Positions 46,092-57,240 of a stretch of DNA of 64,000 nt are shown here, piece after piece. The translations under genes and the position numbers were made by a program. A model generated the notes under the pieces. It had not been told where the DNA came from, did not search any database, and saw nothing but the letters and a program-made list of their open reading frames with translations. Each line of letters starts with the position of its first letter. Position 1 is the stretch's first letter. The DNA comes from a virus: IMG/VR virus record IMGVR_UViG_3300032224_001676, positions 32,001 to 96,000 of that record; one strand, written 5' to 3'.

Positions 46092-48167
46092 TTACGCTGG
46101 GAAAGTAGCTCCGGTTGGGGTAATGTTGAAATCTAAGTAAATAAATTCAGCGGTTTTAGTTGGTTGTAAATAAATTTGACCTACTAATTGGTTTCTATCT
46201 ACTACATCTGCTGTATTATTTGTATCATCCATCACTACTTTAAATGCATACAATCCTTGACGTTGTTGAACACTTTCTAAGTATGGGTTAACTACTGCTA
46301 AGAAGCTATTTCTTGTGGCTGCTGTGTTTTGTTCAAACACTAAGTTTTGGGCTACTTGAGAAATATAGGCTTTAAGAGCAATTAACAAGCGACGAACATT
46401 TACACGATCTAAAGCTGATGCTCTTGTTTGTAATGTCTTTTGACCGTATACTACTACTCCAGTTGAAGGGAATGTAGCGATTGGGTTTACTTTTCCATTA
46501 TATAAAGTATCACGATATGATTGTGGTAACTTTTGTTCAGCTCTTACTACTTGTAATCCACCACGATTGATACCTGCTGGTGCAAACCAAGGTTCTGATA
46601 TGTTATCTGTGTAAGCATATACTCCACCAATTACAGTTGAAGCTGGTACCCAAACCATGTCTCCGGTATCTGGGTCAAATACTAGAGTCCAAGGCCAGTA
46701 TGTTGAAGCATATGAAGTATTTCTACTTGTAGCTTGAGCTACAACTGCGTTCACATTTGATCCGTAAGGAACCATATCTACTACATAGATATTATCTCCT
46801 CTGTTTTGAGTATTTGTAATAATACTTGTTATTTGTGAAGAATGTAATGAATTAACTAAACCAGGGGTCATTAATACGTTAAATATATAATCATCTTGAT
46901 TTGATAATAAGTTAATCATATTGTCATAATCAGATCCTACTAATCCTTGTGTATTAGTTGAATTGATATCACTATAGAAATTAGCTCCACCCATTATATG
47001 ACCTAAAGCTCCACCAAATACTCCTTCAGAGTCTATTGGAAGATAATCAGCATATTGTGGTTTTGGTGAACCTGCGTTATCAAAATAATTTGGTGTTAAA
47101 TAATTAACAGCACTTACTCTTACATATTGAGATGCGTTAGAATAGAATCCAGTTAATTCAATTTGGTTAGTTGTTGGGTTATATACTTCAACCTGGTCAC
47201 CTAATACTTTAGCTACGAAGTTTCCTTGAGTTGGGTCTAATGATAAACCAGTCCAAGTTTCTAATACAATCTGATCATTAGTTGTATCATCACCTCTTCT
47301 TATTAATAAGTCGAATGTTCCAGCGTCAACGTCTGAGTTTAAGATTTCCCATCTAACGTTGTTTGAAGATCCGCTAGCTAATGCTCCGTAAGCATCAATT
47401 GGACCATCACTATTCATAATTGTACCTTCAGAAAGTGTTTCTAATACGAATGGTACTGAACCAACTCCTGTAACTCCTCCTCCAATTGTTAAAATATTTG
47501 AGAAAGTAGTTCCTGAACCTGAAAGAACAACTGTTCCATTGTATGCTGAGGATGATACTGATGAAGAGAAAATTAATCCGCCTGATCCTGAAGTTACTGT
47601 GAAATAGTCACCTAAAGTTGTATTTAATACTGCTGCTAAGTTAGTTGCAGTTGCTGCAAGATTAGATCCGCTAGCAAAATAATATAATTGTCCATCAACA
47701 TCATCAGCTGGTGTTCCTAATGTAGCGGTAGAAATATATCTATATAAACCAAAACTTCCTGTTACTCTAACTTCTCCAGATCCGATTGCTAAGTTATTAA
47801 CTATATTCACATGGCCTGTAGCAAATGCTCCTGGGAGTGATGGTTCAGAGTTAATAATTCCAGAACTAGTTGCTGGGGAATAATTACCGTTTACTACTCG
47901 AGCAACTAATAATGAAACTCCTCCATTGTTAAAATAATTGTAAGCTGCTATAGAAGTAAAGTAAGTATAAGTATCACTACCACTAATCAATACGGTTCCA
48001 AATTTATTTTTGAAATCACTATATGAACTAACTAATGTAGGTATATTTACAGGTCCTTTAACTGTAGGGCCAATAATTGCGGCTCCAGCAGCAATAGGTT
48101 GGCGAGAAACAAATGAAGAATCATTTTCTCTCGCTAATACTCCTGGGGATATTAAGGTTTCTGCCAT
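46092..48167 (-). CDS. Tail sheath protein (gp18-like)
   Basis: SPGV, GPTVKGP, PWFAPAG.NRG, YGQKTLQ, RVNVRRL, FEQN, PTKTAEFI. Confidence 0.96.
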   Translation of the reverse strand: MAETLISPGVLARENDSSFVSRQPIAAGAAIIGPTVKGPVNIPTLVSSYSDFKNKFGTVLISGSDTYTYFTSIAAYNYFNNGGVSLLVARVVNGNYSPATSSGIINSEPSLPGAFATGHVNIVNNLAIGSGEVRVTGSFGLYRYISTATLGTPADDVDGQLYYFASGSNLAATATNLAAVLNTTLGDYFTVTSGSGGLIFSSSVSSSAYNGTVVLSGSGTTFSNILTIGGGVTGVGSVPFVLETLSEGTIMNSDGPIDAYGALASGSSNNVRWEILNSDVDAGTFDLLIRRGDDTTNDQIVLETWTGLSLDPTQGNFVAKVLGDQVEVYNPTTNQIELTGFYSNASQYVRVSAVNYLTPNYFDNAGSPKPQYADYLPIDSEGVFGGALGHIMGGANFYSDINSTNTQGLVGSDYDNMINLLSNQDDYIFNVLMTPGLVNSLHSSQITSIITNTQNRGDNIYVVDMVPYGSNVNAVVAQATSRNTSYASTYWPWTLVFDPDTGDMVWVPASTVIGGVYAYTDNISEPWFAPAGINRGGLQVVRAEQKLPQSYRDTLYNGKVNPIATFPSTGVVVYGQKTLQTRASALDRVNVRRLLIALKAYISQVAQNLVFEQNTAATRNSFLAVVNPYLESVQQRQGLYAFKVVMDDTNNTADVVDRNQLVGQIYLQPTKTAEFIYLDFNITPTGATFPA

Positions 48168-48217
48168 GTGATGTTGTTATTTAATTTTGTTATAAATATC
48201 AAAGGAGGGTGTAAAAG

Positions 48218-48469
48218 TTAATTAGAACTAATAAATTCTCCTTTTTCTAAATCAATAGTTCCATCACCATATTTTTCTTGAAGTTGTTTTCCTAAACTAG
48301 ATTCTGATTCTATTTGTTTTTGGATTTCAGCTTTAAGAGTTTGTTTGTCTAATTCTAACATTTGCATTTTATATTCTATAATGCCTAGATTTTGAATTAG
48401 TTCATTTTGTTTGGCTTGGATTGATTTTAATACTTCAATTTCTTCTGGGGTTAAAACTTTAGTTGTCAT
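48218..48469 (-). CDS. Small coiled-coil protein
   Basis: 83 aa ending LQEKYGDGTIDLEKGEF. Confidence 0.65.
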   Translation of the reverse strand: MTTKVLTPEEIEVLKSIQAKQNELIQNLGIIEYKMQMLELDKQTLKAEIQKQIESESSLGKQLQEKYGDGTIDLEKGEFISSN

Positions 48470-48490
48470 AGATTTATTTTATCATAAATA

Positions 48491-50680
48491 TTAAGCTAGA
48501 GATGCAGATCTCCAAGCTCCTCCAATATAAGTGTATATGAAATATGATCCTCCATTTTTAGCGGGTACCATTTCTCCTTCTTTACCTGCCCATGTTGGTG
48601 CGGCGCTTTGAGTTGCTACTACAATAGAAGAACTTAATGTTACTTTAAAAGCATCTTTTCCACTACCTAATGCGGTTCCAAATCCTACAATAAATGGGCT
48701 AGTAGTATCTCCAGGGGCGTTAAATGTACCTACTACAGTTTGATATGATCCAGACGCTATTGTACCTCTGCCTCCAGCATGAGAATAAATACCTAACGCT
48801 ATTGTATTAGAACCTTCAGCGTGTGAGTAATTACCTATAGCTGTAGTTCCTGATCCTTCAGTGTGTGATGAGATTCCTATAGCTGTTGTTTGAGTTCCTT
48901 CTGCGTGCGAGTATGAGTTTGACGCTATTGTTTGGTATCCTTCTGTGTGTGATCCAAATCCAATTGCTTGTGTTCTATAATTTTCAGCATGTGAATAATC
49001 ACCAGAAGCTGTTACTTCAACACCTTCAGCGTGTGATGCTATTCCAATTGATAAAGTTCCTGAACCCTCAGCGTGTGAGTAAATACCTTTTGCTGTTGTA
49101 GATGTTCCTTCAGTATGGGAGTGTGAGCCTGATGCTATTGTTTGGTATCCTTCAGCGTGTGAGTACGCTCCAATTGTTGTTGTCTGTCGACCTTCAGCAT
49201 GTGACCATGATCCAGATGAGAGTGTGAAATAACCTTCAGCGTGTGATTTTTCACCTATAGATGTTGTTCCATTTCCTTCAGCATGAGAGTGCATACCTAC
49301 AGCAACAGTATAATAACCTTCAGCATGTGATGCTATTCCAATTGCTTGTCCATAGTTTCCTTCAGCGTGTGAATAGTCACCTTTAGAAGTAGAGTTTTGA
49401 CCTTCAGCATGTGAAGAATATCCTATAGCTTGTGTTCCTGTACCTTCGGTGTGTGAGAAAGAACCTGATGATTTAGTTTGGTTGCCCTCAGCATGTGAGT
49501 AATTTCCTATAGCGACTGTGATGTATCCTTCAGTGTGTGACCAATCCCCAAATGCTGTAGTTATGTATCCTTCAGTATGAGATGCTAAACCTAATGATAT
49601 ATTACCTTGTCCTTCAGTATGTGAATATGAACCTGAAGATATATTTTGTGAACCAGTAATATCATTATAAGATGATTGTAATGCTGGGGAAAGAGTGAAT
49701 GTACTTCTATTGTTTCCAGCACTATATGAAATATTTGTTATTATAGGAAGGGTAGTATAATAATGAGTATTTACAACAAATGCATATGATGGATTTTCTA
49801 AGTAAAGATATTCCATAGTGTATGGAACTGTATTACCTGAGTAGTCACCGGTTACTACTAATGTTGTTGTTGATAATGAAACTACAGGTCCTGCGTATTC
49901 CTCATATTCAATATTAGTAACTGAGGATGGGGTGATAGTGCCTGTTCCTATAATAAATGAAACACCTTCAACATGAGAATTAAATCCTTTTGATGTGGTA
50001 AAATAACCTTCAGCATGTGAACTAACGCCTATTGCTGTTGAATATTGACCTTCAGCATGAGATCCATTTGACGCTGCTTTTGTTTGTGAACCTTCAGCAT
50101 GTGAGAATTGACCAACTGCTACAGTGTTATTTCCTTCAGCGTGTGAGTATTGACCTCCAGCAGTGCTAATATTACCTTCAGCATGTGAATATTGTCCTTG
50201 AGATACATTTGAATATCCTTCAGCGTGTGAATATGAACCAGATGTATTATTATTTAATCCTTGAGATAAACTTCCTGTAATTTGAGCGTTACCATTATGG
50301 GTTCCATCCCATTCTCCTGTCACTCCTGTTAATCCACTACCGTTTCCTATAAATGAACCTGTAAAAGACCCAGTGGCAATTCCACCAAATGATCCAGTTA
50401 TGTTTCCTGCTCCTGTAAATGAACCTGTAAATGAACCTGTAAATGTTCCTACAGACCCAGTCATATTTAATCCTATTACTGAGGTTACTTGTGTAAAATC
50501 TACTAATGAACCCGATAGAACTAATGAACCTGATATTGAGTTCTCAGGGCCTAAAAGAGTATTTGCTAAAAAGATTAAATTGTTATCCATTTCACTAATG
50601 GATATTTTTGCTCCTTTTAAATATACATCATTAGGTAAATTTCCTGATATTGAGCCTTGTCTTAATGTTAATATAGCCAT
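48491..50680 (-). CDS. SHAEG-repeat fibre/adhesin with an inserted non-repeat domain
   Basis: KGAKISISEMDNNL N-terminus, GSF repeats, two blocks of SHAEG repeats. Confidence 0.75.
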   Translation of the reverse strand: MAILTLRQGSISGNLPNDVYLKGAKISISEMDNNLIFLANTLLGPENSISGSLVLSGSLVDFTQVTSVIGLNMTGSVGTFTGSFTGSFTGAGNITGSFGGIATGSFTGSFIGNGSGLTGVTGEWDGTHNGNAQITGSLSQGLNNNTSGSYSHAEGYSNVSQGQYSHAEGNISTAGGQYSHAEGNNTVAVGQFSHAEGSQTKAASNGSHAEGQYSTAIGVSSHAEGYFTTSKGFNSHVEGVSFIIGTGTITPSSVTNIEYEEYAGPVVSLSTTTLVVTGDYSGNTVPYTMEYLYLENPSYAFVVNTHYYTTLPIITNISYSAGNNRSTFTLSPALQSSYNDITGSQNISSGSYSHTEGQGNISLGLASHTEGYITTAFGDWSHTEGYITVAIGNYSHAEGNQTKSSGSFSHTEGTGTQAIGYSSHAEGQNSTSKGDYSHAEGNYGQAIGIASHAEGYYTVAVGMHSHAEGNGTTSIGEKSHAEGYFTLSSGSWSHAEGRQTTTIGAYSHAEGYQTIASGSHSHTEGTSTTAKGIYSHAEGSGTLSIGIASHAEGVEVTASGDYSHAENYRTQAIGFGSHTEGYQTIASNSYSHAEGTQTTAIGISSHTEGSGTTAIGNYSHAEGSNTIALGIYSHAGGRGTIASGSYQTVVGTFNAPGDTTSPFIVGFGTALGSGKDAFKVTLSSSIVVATQSAAPTWAGKEGEMVPAKNGGSYFIYTYIGGAWRSASLA

Positions 50681-50702
50681 GTTATATGTTTAGTATAAAT
50701 AT

Positions 50703-51605
50703 TTAAATTTGAGCACCTGGGGGTAGAAAATTTACACTTTCTATTGATGAAACTGCTTCACCGGTAAACGTTAATATGTTTTTATTAGAATATTTTTTAA
50801 TTGAATTAAGATCTTTTTGTAGAATTTCAGGAACTATATATCCATTTATTTTTATGGTGAATGTACTTTTAGCTATACGTTCTGTACCTTCTGTCATTTC
50901 TATATTAGTACTAAAAGTATCAATCATAGTTTTAAATTTAAAACGAGATAGATCACCCCAGTAAGCATCTGATGCGTATTCTATGGCTTCTACTATTTTA
51001 TTTAATTGTTCCATATAGTAGGTAAATACAGCACATTCGTAAGTTATTGTTACGTAATCTGGGACTACAGTGACGTAATATACTTTTTCGGGTCTAATGT
51101 TATTTTGAACATTAAATTTATCATAAGCATTTTGAGTAGAATATGATTTTTGAGTAATAGCATAATTGTATGGAATATTAGCGTCTAATTTATTAGCTAC
51201 ACTTCTATTTTTTTCAACACTTTCTCTTTTAAACATTAAAAGTGGAGCCATTATTCTACCATTAGCATCTCTATAATAACCATCTTTTTGAAATGATTTC
51301 CAACGCTCAGGTGAACCATATATTATAGGTACAGGAAGTCTTTGTCCATTTTGTACTACAGTTGGGCTTATAACATTTTCAAAATAATACATTACAGCCC
51401 AGTCTATATCTTCTAACCCGACTGAAAAAGGTTTTGTAGTATCGTCTTTAAATGATACTTGTTCTCCTCTATTTAAACCCTCAGCTTTATTTGGGTTGCC
51501 AATAGCTTGAAAACCCTCAGCACCTGGAGGTGGCTGGTATGGTCTCTGTTGAGAAATACTTATTTCTCTTTGAGTTTTAGGTATAGGTTTTCTTATTTCA
51601 GTCAT
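50703..51605 (-). CDS. Tail terminator / sheath stabiliser (gp15-like)
   Basis: VPIIYGSPERW, PDYVTITY, EQLNKIVE; follows the neck genes. Confidence 0.7.
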   Translation of the reverse strand: MTEIRKPIPKTQREISISQQRPYQPPPGAEGFQAIGNPNKAEGLNRGEQVSFKDDTTKPFSVGLEDIDWAVMYYFENVISPTVVQNGQRLPVPIIYGSPERWKSFQKDGYYRDANGRIMAPLLMFKRESVEKNRSVANKLDANIPYNYAITQKSYSTQNAYDKFNVQNNIRPEKVYYVTVVPDYVTITYECAVFTYYMEQLNKIVEAIEYASDAYWGDLSRFKFKTMIDTFSTNIEMTEGTERIAKSTFTIKINGYIVPEILQKDLNSIKKYSNKNILTFTGEAVSSIESVNFLPPGAQI

Positions 51606-52114
51606 TATAATCTAGTTTTTATCAAGTTAAGTCTATCAGCAGGCACATAGTGAGTTTGACATACTATAGATACGTCCCATCCAAAATTACTTAATCCTGG
51701 GTTTAATGGATTAGGATTATATGGGTAGTCTGGGTTTTTACCCGCAAAGTATTGGATTTCGTTTGTGTTGTCTATTTCAAAATAACTTTCTTGATATAGA
51801 ATTATATCTCCAACTTCAGGGTGAGCATTAGCTTGAACTAAATCGTCTCTTAAAAATGCTACATCAATGCTCCATCCAAAATCTGCTCCAAATTCATTTA
51901 TTGGAGTTGTATTGTCTTTTACTGTTATCAAAGAATTTAATAATACAGGGCCGTCATAAAATTTACCCCCTGCTGCTTCTCCATACATGTTAACAGTAGT
52001 TTTATCTAAAATAAATTTGTACAAGGCACATTGTTGAGTGATAACATCCCACAATAACTCGCGGTTAACGTGCCTAAACATTGATATATCTCTTGCCGAG
52101 CCAAATATTGCCAT
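51605..52114 (-). CDS. Neck / head-closure protein (gp14-like)
   Basis: NMYGEA, PEVGDII..YFEI. Confidence 0.7.
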   Translation of the reverse strand: MAIFGSARDISMFRHVNRELLWDVITQQCALYKFILDKTTVNMYGEAAGGKFYDGPVLLNSLITVKDNTTPINEFGADFGWSIDVAFLRDDLVQANAHPEVGDIILYQESYFEIDNTNEIQYFAGKNPDYPYNPNPLNPGLSNFGWDVSIVCQTHYVPADRLNLIKTRL

Positions 52115-53274
52115 TATCCTATATAAATTACCATTGGTACGTTCATAATTTCTTGTTTTCTAAAATCACTTTCTTGAGCACGTCTTTCAAGTAATGATTT
52201 TTGAGATGTATCATCAAAGTATAATCTTAATCTTTCTATTAACGCCGCTCTATCCGCGGTAGCTGAAGCTAATAAATCAGCTTGGTTAAGAGTCATATTT
52301 TGATCTGGGATAGGTACAGTGCTATATTTTCCACGTACGTATCCTAAAATTTCTTTAACTAAAGCTAAAGTGTATTCAAATATCCATTGTCTTCCAACTG
52401 AATTGATTTGAGAATACACTGGGTTGCCATAAGGGGCGTTTGATGGATTTGTAACTCCTCCCGGGGTTACTAATCCATTATTTAGACGTTCTGATGATTT
52501 GATATAATTAAACCAAATATAACCACCATGAGTTTCATTGTCAGTGAAAGGTATAGGGAATATTCGTAGTTTATTATTAATTAATTGGAATGAATAATTA
52601 GATAAACGAACTTGGTTACTCATTTCAATTGCTTGAAGAGTAGACATATCATATGATAATGGCATCATTAAATAACCAGTACCATATCCACTACCTAACA
52701 TTCCTCCACCATATATACCAGCTGATGGTACTCCTCCTAACCCTGCAAATCCACCGTATGGGGCATACATTTGATTAATAGCAGGTAATGGATAGTAAAA
52801 TACTTGTTTAACCTCTATTCCTCCAGTGATTCCATTACTTGCTGCCCATTGTGCTAAATCATAATCTTGAATACTAGAAGTTAAAGCTACTGATCCACTG
52901 TAGTAATTCACGTTACCTCCTACTCCTGCTTCTTCACCATATTGTTGAGACAATCTAACAATATTAGACATATTAGGAGTGATAAGAGCGTTATTTAAAT
53001 TTGATCCTGTAGAAGTTCCTTCTAAAGATAATAAATTATCTCTAACTTGGTAAGCGTATAATTCATTACCATAAGTTGTAATTGCTTCTTCAAAAGCAGC
53101 ATAAAAGTTTACGTCTTGTAATTCAACCTCCATAATAGGATATCCCAATCTAAGAGCACAAAACGTAGTTACTTTATCAGCATCAATTTGAAACTGGTAA
53201 TCGTAGTCGTAAAATCCAAATGGGGTTAGCCCTGGGTAGAATGACGAACTGCCAGGATATATAGGGATATTCAT
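52114..53274 (-). CDS. Neck / head-tail adaptor (gp13-like)
   Basis: LRLGYPIMEVEL, WIFEYTLAL.KE.LG.VRGKY. Confidence 0.8.
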   Translation of the reverse strand: MNIPIYPGSSSFYPGLTPFGFYDYDYQFQIDADKVTTFCALRLGYPIMEVELQDVNFYAAFEEAITTYGNELYAYQVRDNLLSLEGTSTGSNLNNALITPNMSNIVRLSQQYGEEAGVGGNVNYYSGSVALTSSIQDYDLAQWAASNGITGGIEVKQVFYYPLPAINQMYAPYGGFAGLGGVPSAGIYGGGMLGSGYGTGYLMMPLSYDMSTLQAIEMSNQVRLSNYSFQLINNKLRIFPIPFTDNETHGGYIWFNYIKSSERLNNGLVTPGGVTNPSNAPYGNPVYSQINSVGRQWIFEYTLALVKEILGYVRGKYSTVPIPDQNMTLNQADLLASATADRAALIERLRLYFDDTSQKSLLERRAQESDFRKQEIMNVPMVIYIG

Positions 53275-53317
53275 ATGTTAGGTTTTGTTATAAATATGCA
53301 AAACTATATGAATCGTA

Positions 53318-53551
53318 TTATTCAGGAAGAGGGGGTTCTATAGTTGGGGGTTCAATAAGAGTATCTTCAGTTATGTTTTCTATTATAGTAGGTTCCTGGT
53401 ATTGTTGATTGTATGTTTCTAAAGCGATAATGAGTTCTTCTTTAGTATCATAAAAAAACAGAATTGGTTGACCTGTTGTTATTTCATCACTATCTTCCAT
53501 TGAACCATAATGGAAAACATCTATTTCATTTGTTGCTAAATACCATTTCAT
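53318..53551 (-). CDS. Hypothetical acidic protein
   Basis: 77 aa, coupled to the upstream gene. Confidence 0.55.
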   Translation of the reverse strand: MKWYLATNEIDVFHYGSMEDSDEITTGQPILFFYDTKEELIIALETYNQQYQEPTIIENITEDTLIEPPTIEPPLPE

Positions 53552-55455
53552 TATATTTGTCCTCCATCTACTATTGTCCAGTTATTAGGTGCTGATACTA
53601 ATTTCGCTCTTGAAGCTGATGCTGCTATTGTGTAGTTTATGTTGTTAAAGCTAATGGAAATATTGGGTTTAACAGGTCTAGAAGCCCATCCTATTAATAA
53701 TGCGTCATAATTTGAAGATGAATAGTTCGTGTTTGATTTACCACCCATAAATGAGCCAGCTGCGGTTACATTGCCTATATTCCAGTTTGTTAAAGGTTGG
53801 TTAAAACCATAAGCATATTGGAACATAGTGTCTATAGTAGTAACGTTAGTTGTCACCCAATCTTTAATTGAATTACTATCTCCATTATTAAATGAACTTG
53901 ATTTTCTTGGAGGTGGTAATCCCTTAAACATTCCTTGGAAGTTTGTAGCCTTACTTAAATTCCAACTACCTAAATTAGAATTAAAATCAGGTTGACCATT
54001 AAACATAAAAGATAAATTACTAGCACTAATTGGATTCCATGTACTTAAATTTTGGTTAAATACTCCATCTTCGTTATTTGGTGTGGTTGGTATATTAAGG
54101 AATTGTTGAAAATTTGTAACTTTAGATACATCCCAATTTCCAATAGGTTGATTAAAATTAGTTTGAACATTAAACATATAATACATACTATTAACATTAG
54201 ATGTGTTCCAATTATTAATTGATGGGCTACCACCGTTGTTAAATGATCCTGTTCCATACCCACTATTCATACCAAACATACCAAGCATAGTTGTCACTTT
54301 ACTTGTATCCCAAGTACCTATGTTTTGATTAAAATAAGGTGACATAAAAAATACATAACTCATGTCAGTGACGTTAGAAGTATTCCAATTTTTAAGAGTA
54401 TCAGCCCCACCATTATTAAATACTCCTGTTTTAATATTTGAACCTCCAAATAAACCATACATATTTCGTACTTTACTTACATCCCATGATCCTACATCTT
54501 GGTTAAATGAATATGCTGAATAAAACATTTGAGTCATATCTACTGTATTAGAAGTATTCCAATTATTTAATGGTTGATTAAATAAAGAAGCTGAGTTAAA
54601 CATGAATGACATACTTATTGCAGATACAGTATTCCAATTATTTAAAGGTTGGTTAAATGCTGTATCCATATAAAACATATAGTTAAAAATACTAGCACTG
54701 CTTACATTCCAACTTCCAATTGGTTGATTAAATTGGTCATTATATAAAAATATTTGACTAAAGTTTTGTACCTTACTTGTATCCCAATTTTTAATAGAAT
54801 CACTTCCTCCATTATTAAAAGCATGTTTAACCCCTAACAAACCACAAAATGTATTAGTCATATTAGTAACATTGCTAGTATTCCAATTGCCTATATTTTG
54901 ATTATATCTATATGTAGTATAAAAGGTTTGGGACATATTGTTTACTTTACTTGTATCCCATTCATTAGCTCTACTAATACTAACTAATAAAGAACATGAT
55001 CTAAAAGTAGCATTTAATACTGGGCCATAAGCAGTACTTGAAGAATACGGAGTGTAAAGATTAGGTGTATCTGATATGTTGTTTAAGGTTAAAGCATCAC
55101 ACCCATAAAATTGAGCAGGTAATGAGGTTAATTTTAATCCACCCCATTGAGATATATTAATTAGCTTTCGTCTATCTCCTGTATTGCTAAATTGAAATCC
55201 ATTAATATATCCACTCATTGTGACATTATATGTCCCGGCAGTAGCATAAGAATGAGTTAAAGCGGATTGAAAAGAAGACGATATTGAACTACTAGTGTTA
55301 TCACCCCAATACACCATAAAATTATATAATCCACTACCAGTTAAAGGTATTCTAATTTGGTTAGTAGCACTTGAATTTGAGGATGTATTATCCGTCTTCC
55401 ATGTTGACATGAAAGGTTTAGGTTTTGAGTTAATTATAGTTCTACCGCCTCTCAT
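53551..55455 (-). CDS. DUF285/BspA-like repeat protein with PKD-like N-terminus
   Basis: VYWGD..THSY..GTY.V, then many FNQ.IG.W[DN][TV]S.V..M..MF repeats. Confidence 0.85.
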   Translation of the reverse strand: MRGGRTIINSKPKPFMSTWKTDNTSSNSSATNQIRIPLTGSGLYNFMVYWGDNTSSSISSSFQSALTHSYATAGTYNVTMSGYINGFQFSNTGDRRKLINISQWGGLKLTSLPAQFYGCDALTLNNISDTPNLYTPYSSSTAYGPVLNATFRSCSLLVSISRANEWDTSKVNNMSQTFYTTYRYNQNIGNWNTSNVTNMTNTFCGLLGVKHAFNNGGSDSIKNWDTSKVQNFSQIFLYNDQFNQPIGSWNVSSASIFNYMFYMDTAFNQPLNNWNTVSAISMSFMFNSASLFNQPLNNWNTSNTVDMTQMFYSAYSFNQDVGSWDVSKVRNMYGLFGGSNIKTGVFNNGGADTLKNWNTSNVTDMSYVFFMSPYFNQNIGTWDTSKVTTMLGMFGMNSGYGTGSFNNGGSPSINNWNTSNVNSMYYMFNVQTNFNQPIGNWDVSKVTNFQQFLNIPTTPNNEDGVFNQNLSTWNPISASNLSFMFNGQPDFNSNLGSWNLSKATNFQGMFKGLPPPRKSSSFNNGDSNSIKDWVTTNVTTIDTMFQYAYGFNQPLTNWNIGNVTAAGSFMGGKSNTNYSSSNYDALLIGWASRPVKPNISISFNNINYTIAASASRAKLVSAPNNWTIVDGGQI

Positions 55456-55456
55456 C

Positions 55457-56770
55457 TTATTGAGTTATCCAGTATTCTACTCTTGTTCCTTTAACCCATT
55501 CAGCATAAATTATATTTAGTGTATTTGGAACATAAACACCATTACTTACTACTACCCATCCTGCTGGGGTTGATGGAGCTACTGAGTTGTTATGGTATAT
55601 TTTTTGTACTATTCCGGTTTTAGCTCCTGTTAAATTATCAGTTATATTCCCTGTCCCTGGTACATCCCATTCATTATAAACTTGGTTGGAAGTAAATGAT
55701 ACTACTGTTCCTGTTGTAGCAGAAGGAGTAGTTAATACTTGATTATTATTCCAATTAAATGAAGAACCTGTAGTATTAATTGATCCGGTTACAGTTATAT
55801 TTTGGTTTAGTATATTTAAATAGGATGCTGTTAAGGCAAATGATGAACTTAATGCTTGGTTAGTGTAGGAGGATGTAGTTGTTAATAAATCTTGATTTGG
55901 ATTATATCTTAAACCTCCATCTACTTGAATACTGCCTGGTCCTGATGTATCAACAAATAAAACGTTGTGTTGTAAATTTTGTGTTGATATACTAGTAGAT
56001 ACTGAAAGTGCCACAGATGATGTTAAGGCAAATGATGAACTTACTGCTTGTGATATATAAGAAGATGTTTGGGCTATAGTCACATAAGAAGCTGTTTGAG
56101 CAGTTACTATATAAGAAGCCGTTTGCGCGTTTTGTATAAATGAGGCTGTGGATGAGAATGAAGAACTTATTGCTTGTAATATATAAGAAGCTGTTTGAGC
56201 AGTTTGTACATAGGATGCTGTTTGCGCTATTGTAACATAAGACGCGGTCATTGCTTCTGATGCTTTTATAGCCCAACTTGATGTGCCTTGTAATGATCCT
56301 GTTATTGAAGGAGCATTCAAACTTCCAGTAATAATATAACCGTTCATATTTAAATTACCAGCAGCTGTTAAAGTACGAGATCCTGTTTCTATTCTCCATG
56401 CTGAAGTTAGCACATTACTGTCCCAACTAGTTACTAAATATAATCCAGCATTATCTACCCAAACATAGTTTTGACCATTATTAGATCCCAATTTTGACCG
56501 CCCGTCAGGGCCAGCTGTCATGTCTATACTAGGACCAGTTGTAGTTATTGATGATCCACTATTAAAATATATATTACCCGATATGTTTAAAGAATTAGAT
56601 ATTAATAAACTACTTGTTGTAGACCAAATATCTCCATTTATGTTAGTAAATATAGAATCACCTTGAGGTCCTGGTTGTCCTTGAGGTCCTGGGGTAGATA
56701 CTTGTATAACACGTGTTCCATCTTGTTGAACAGTGATAGTATTGGTGGATGTATTTACGTTTACTGACAT
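55457..56770 (-). CDS. Fibre-like protein with short collagen and TASY repeats
   Basis: PGPQGQPGPQG, multiple AQTASY units. Confidence 0.6.
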   Translation of the reverse strand: MSVNVNTSTNTITVQQDGTRVIQVSTPGPQGQPGPQGDSIFTNINGDIWSTTSSLLISNSLNISGNIYFNSGSSITTTGPSIDMTAGPDGRSKLGSNNGQNYVWVDNAGLYLVTSWDSNVLTSAWRIETGSRTLTAAGNLNMNGYIITGSLNAPSITGSLQGTSSWAIKASEAMTASYVTIAQTASYVQTAQTASYILQAISSSFSSTASFIQNAQTASYIVTAQTASYVTIAQTSSYISQAVSSSFALTSSVALSVSTSISTQNLQHNVLFVDTSGPGSIQVDGGLRYNPNQDLLTTTSSYTNQALSSSFALTASYLNILNQNITVTGSINTTGSSFNWNNNQVLTTPSATTGTVVSFTSNQVYNEWDVPGTGNITDNLTGAKTGIVQKIYHNNSVAPSTPAGWVVVSNGVYVPNTLNIIYAEWVKGTRVEYWITQ

Positions 56771-57171
56771 TATAGTACTGTTACTTGATCACTTAAACTA
56801 ACTTGGCCTTCTAATAATCTTACTGTATATGGACAATTACTACCAGAATATATTTCTAAATCATAATAAGCTGTACTAAAATTAAGCATTGAGGATGTAC
56901 ATGATGAAATATATATTCCAATAGAACCACTAGAGGGTGGTGTTGTACCATTACTCCCACTAAAATTTAAACCAGTGCCATCAGCATTTAAAGAACTAGA
57001 TAATGTAAGATATACTGTACGATTAGGAACAGAAGCATAGTTAGATGCTATTTGCATTTTACCTGAGTAATTAGCTAAATCAACAGGTGTACCTGATGAG
57101 TCTAGATATTGTACTTCAAAATTAGTAGTTGCTCCTTGTTCTATTACAAAAGAATATCTTCCTGCGGCCAT
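56770..57171 (-). CDS. BppU-like baseplate/fibre attachment protein
   Basis: IEQGAT, PVDL..Y..KMQI, YYDLEI, RLLEGQV. Confidence 0.65.
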   Translation of the reverse strand: MAAGRYSFVIEQGATTNFEVQYLDSSGTPVDLANYSGKMQIASNYASVPNRTVYLTLSSSLNADGTGLNFSGSNGTTPPSSGSIGIYISSCTSSMLNFSTAYYDLEIYSGSNCPYTVRLLEGQVSLSDQVTVL

Positions 57172-57240
57172 GTTAATGTTTAACTATAAATATTAGAAAG
57201 TTTTAAATTAATTTAAAAATACTAAATAAACTAATTATTT

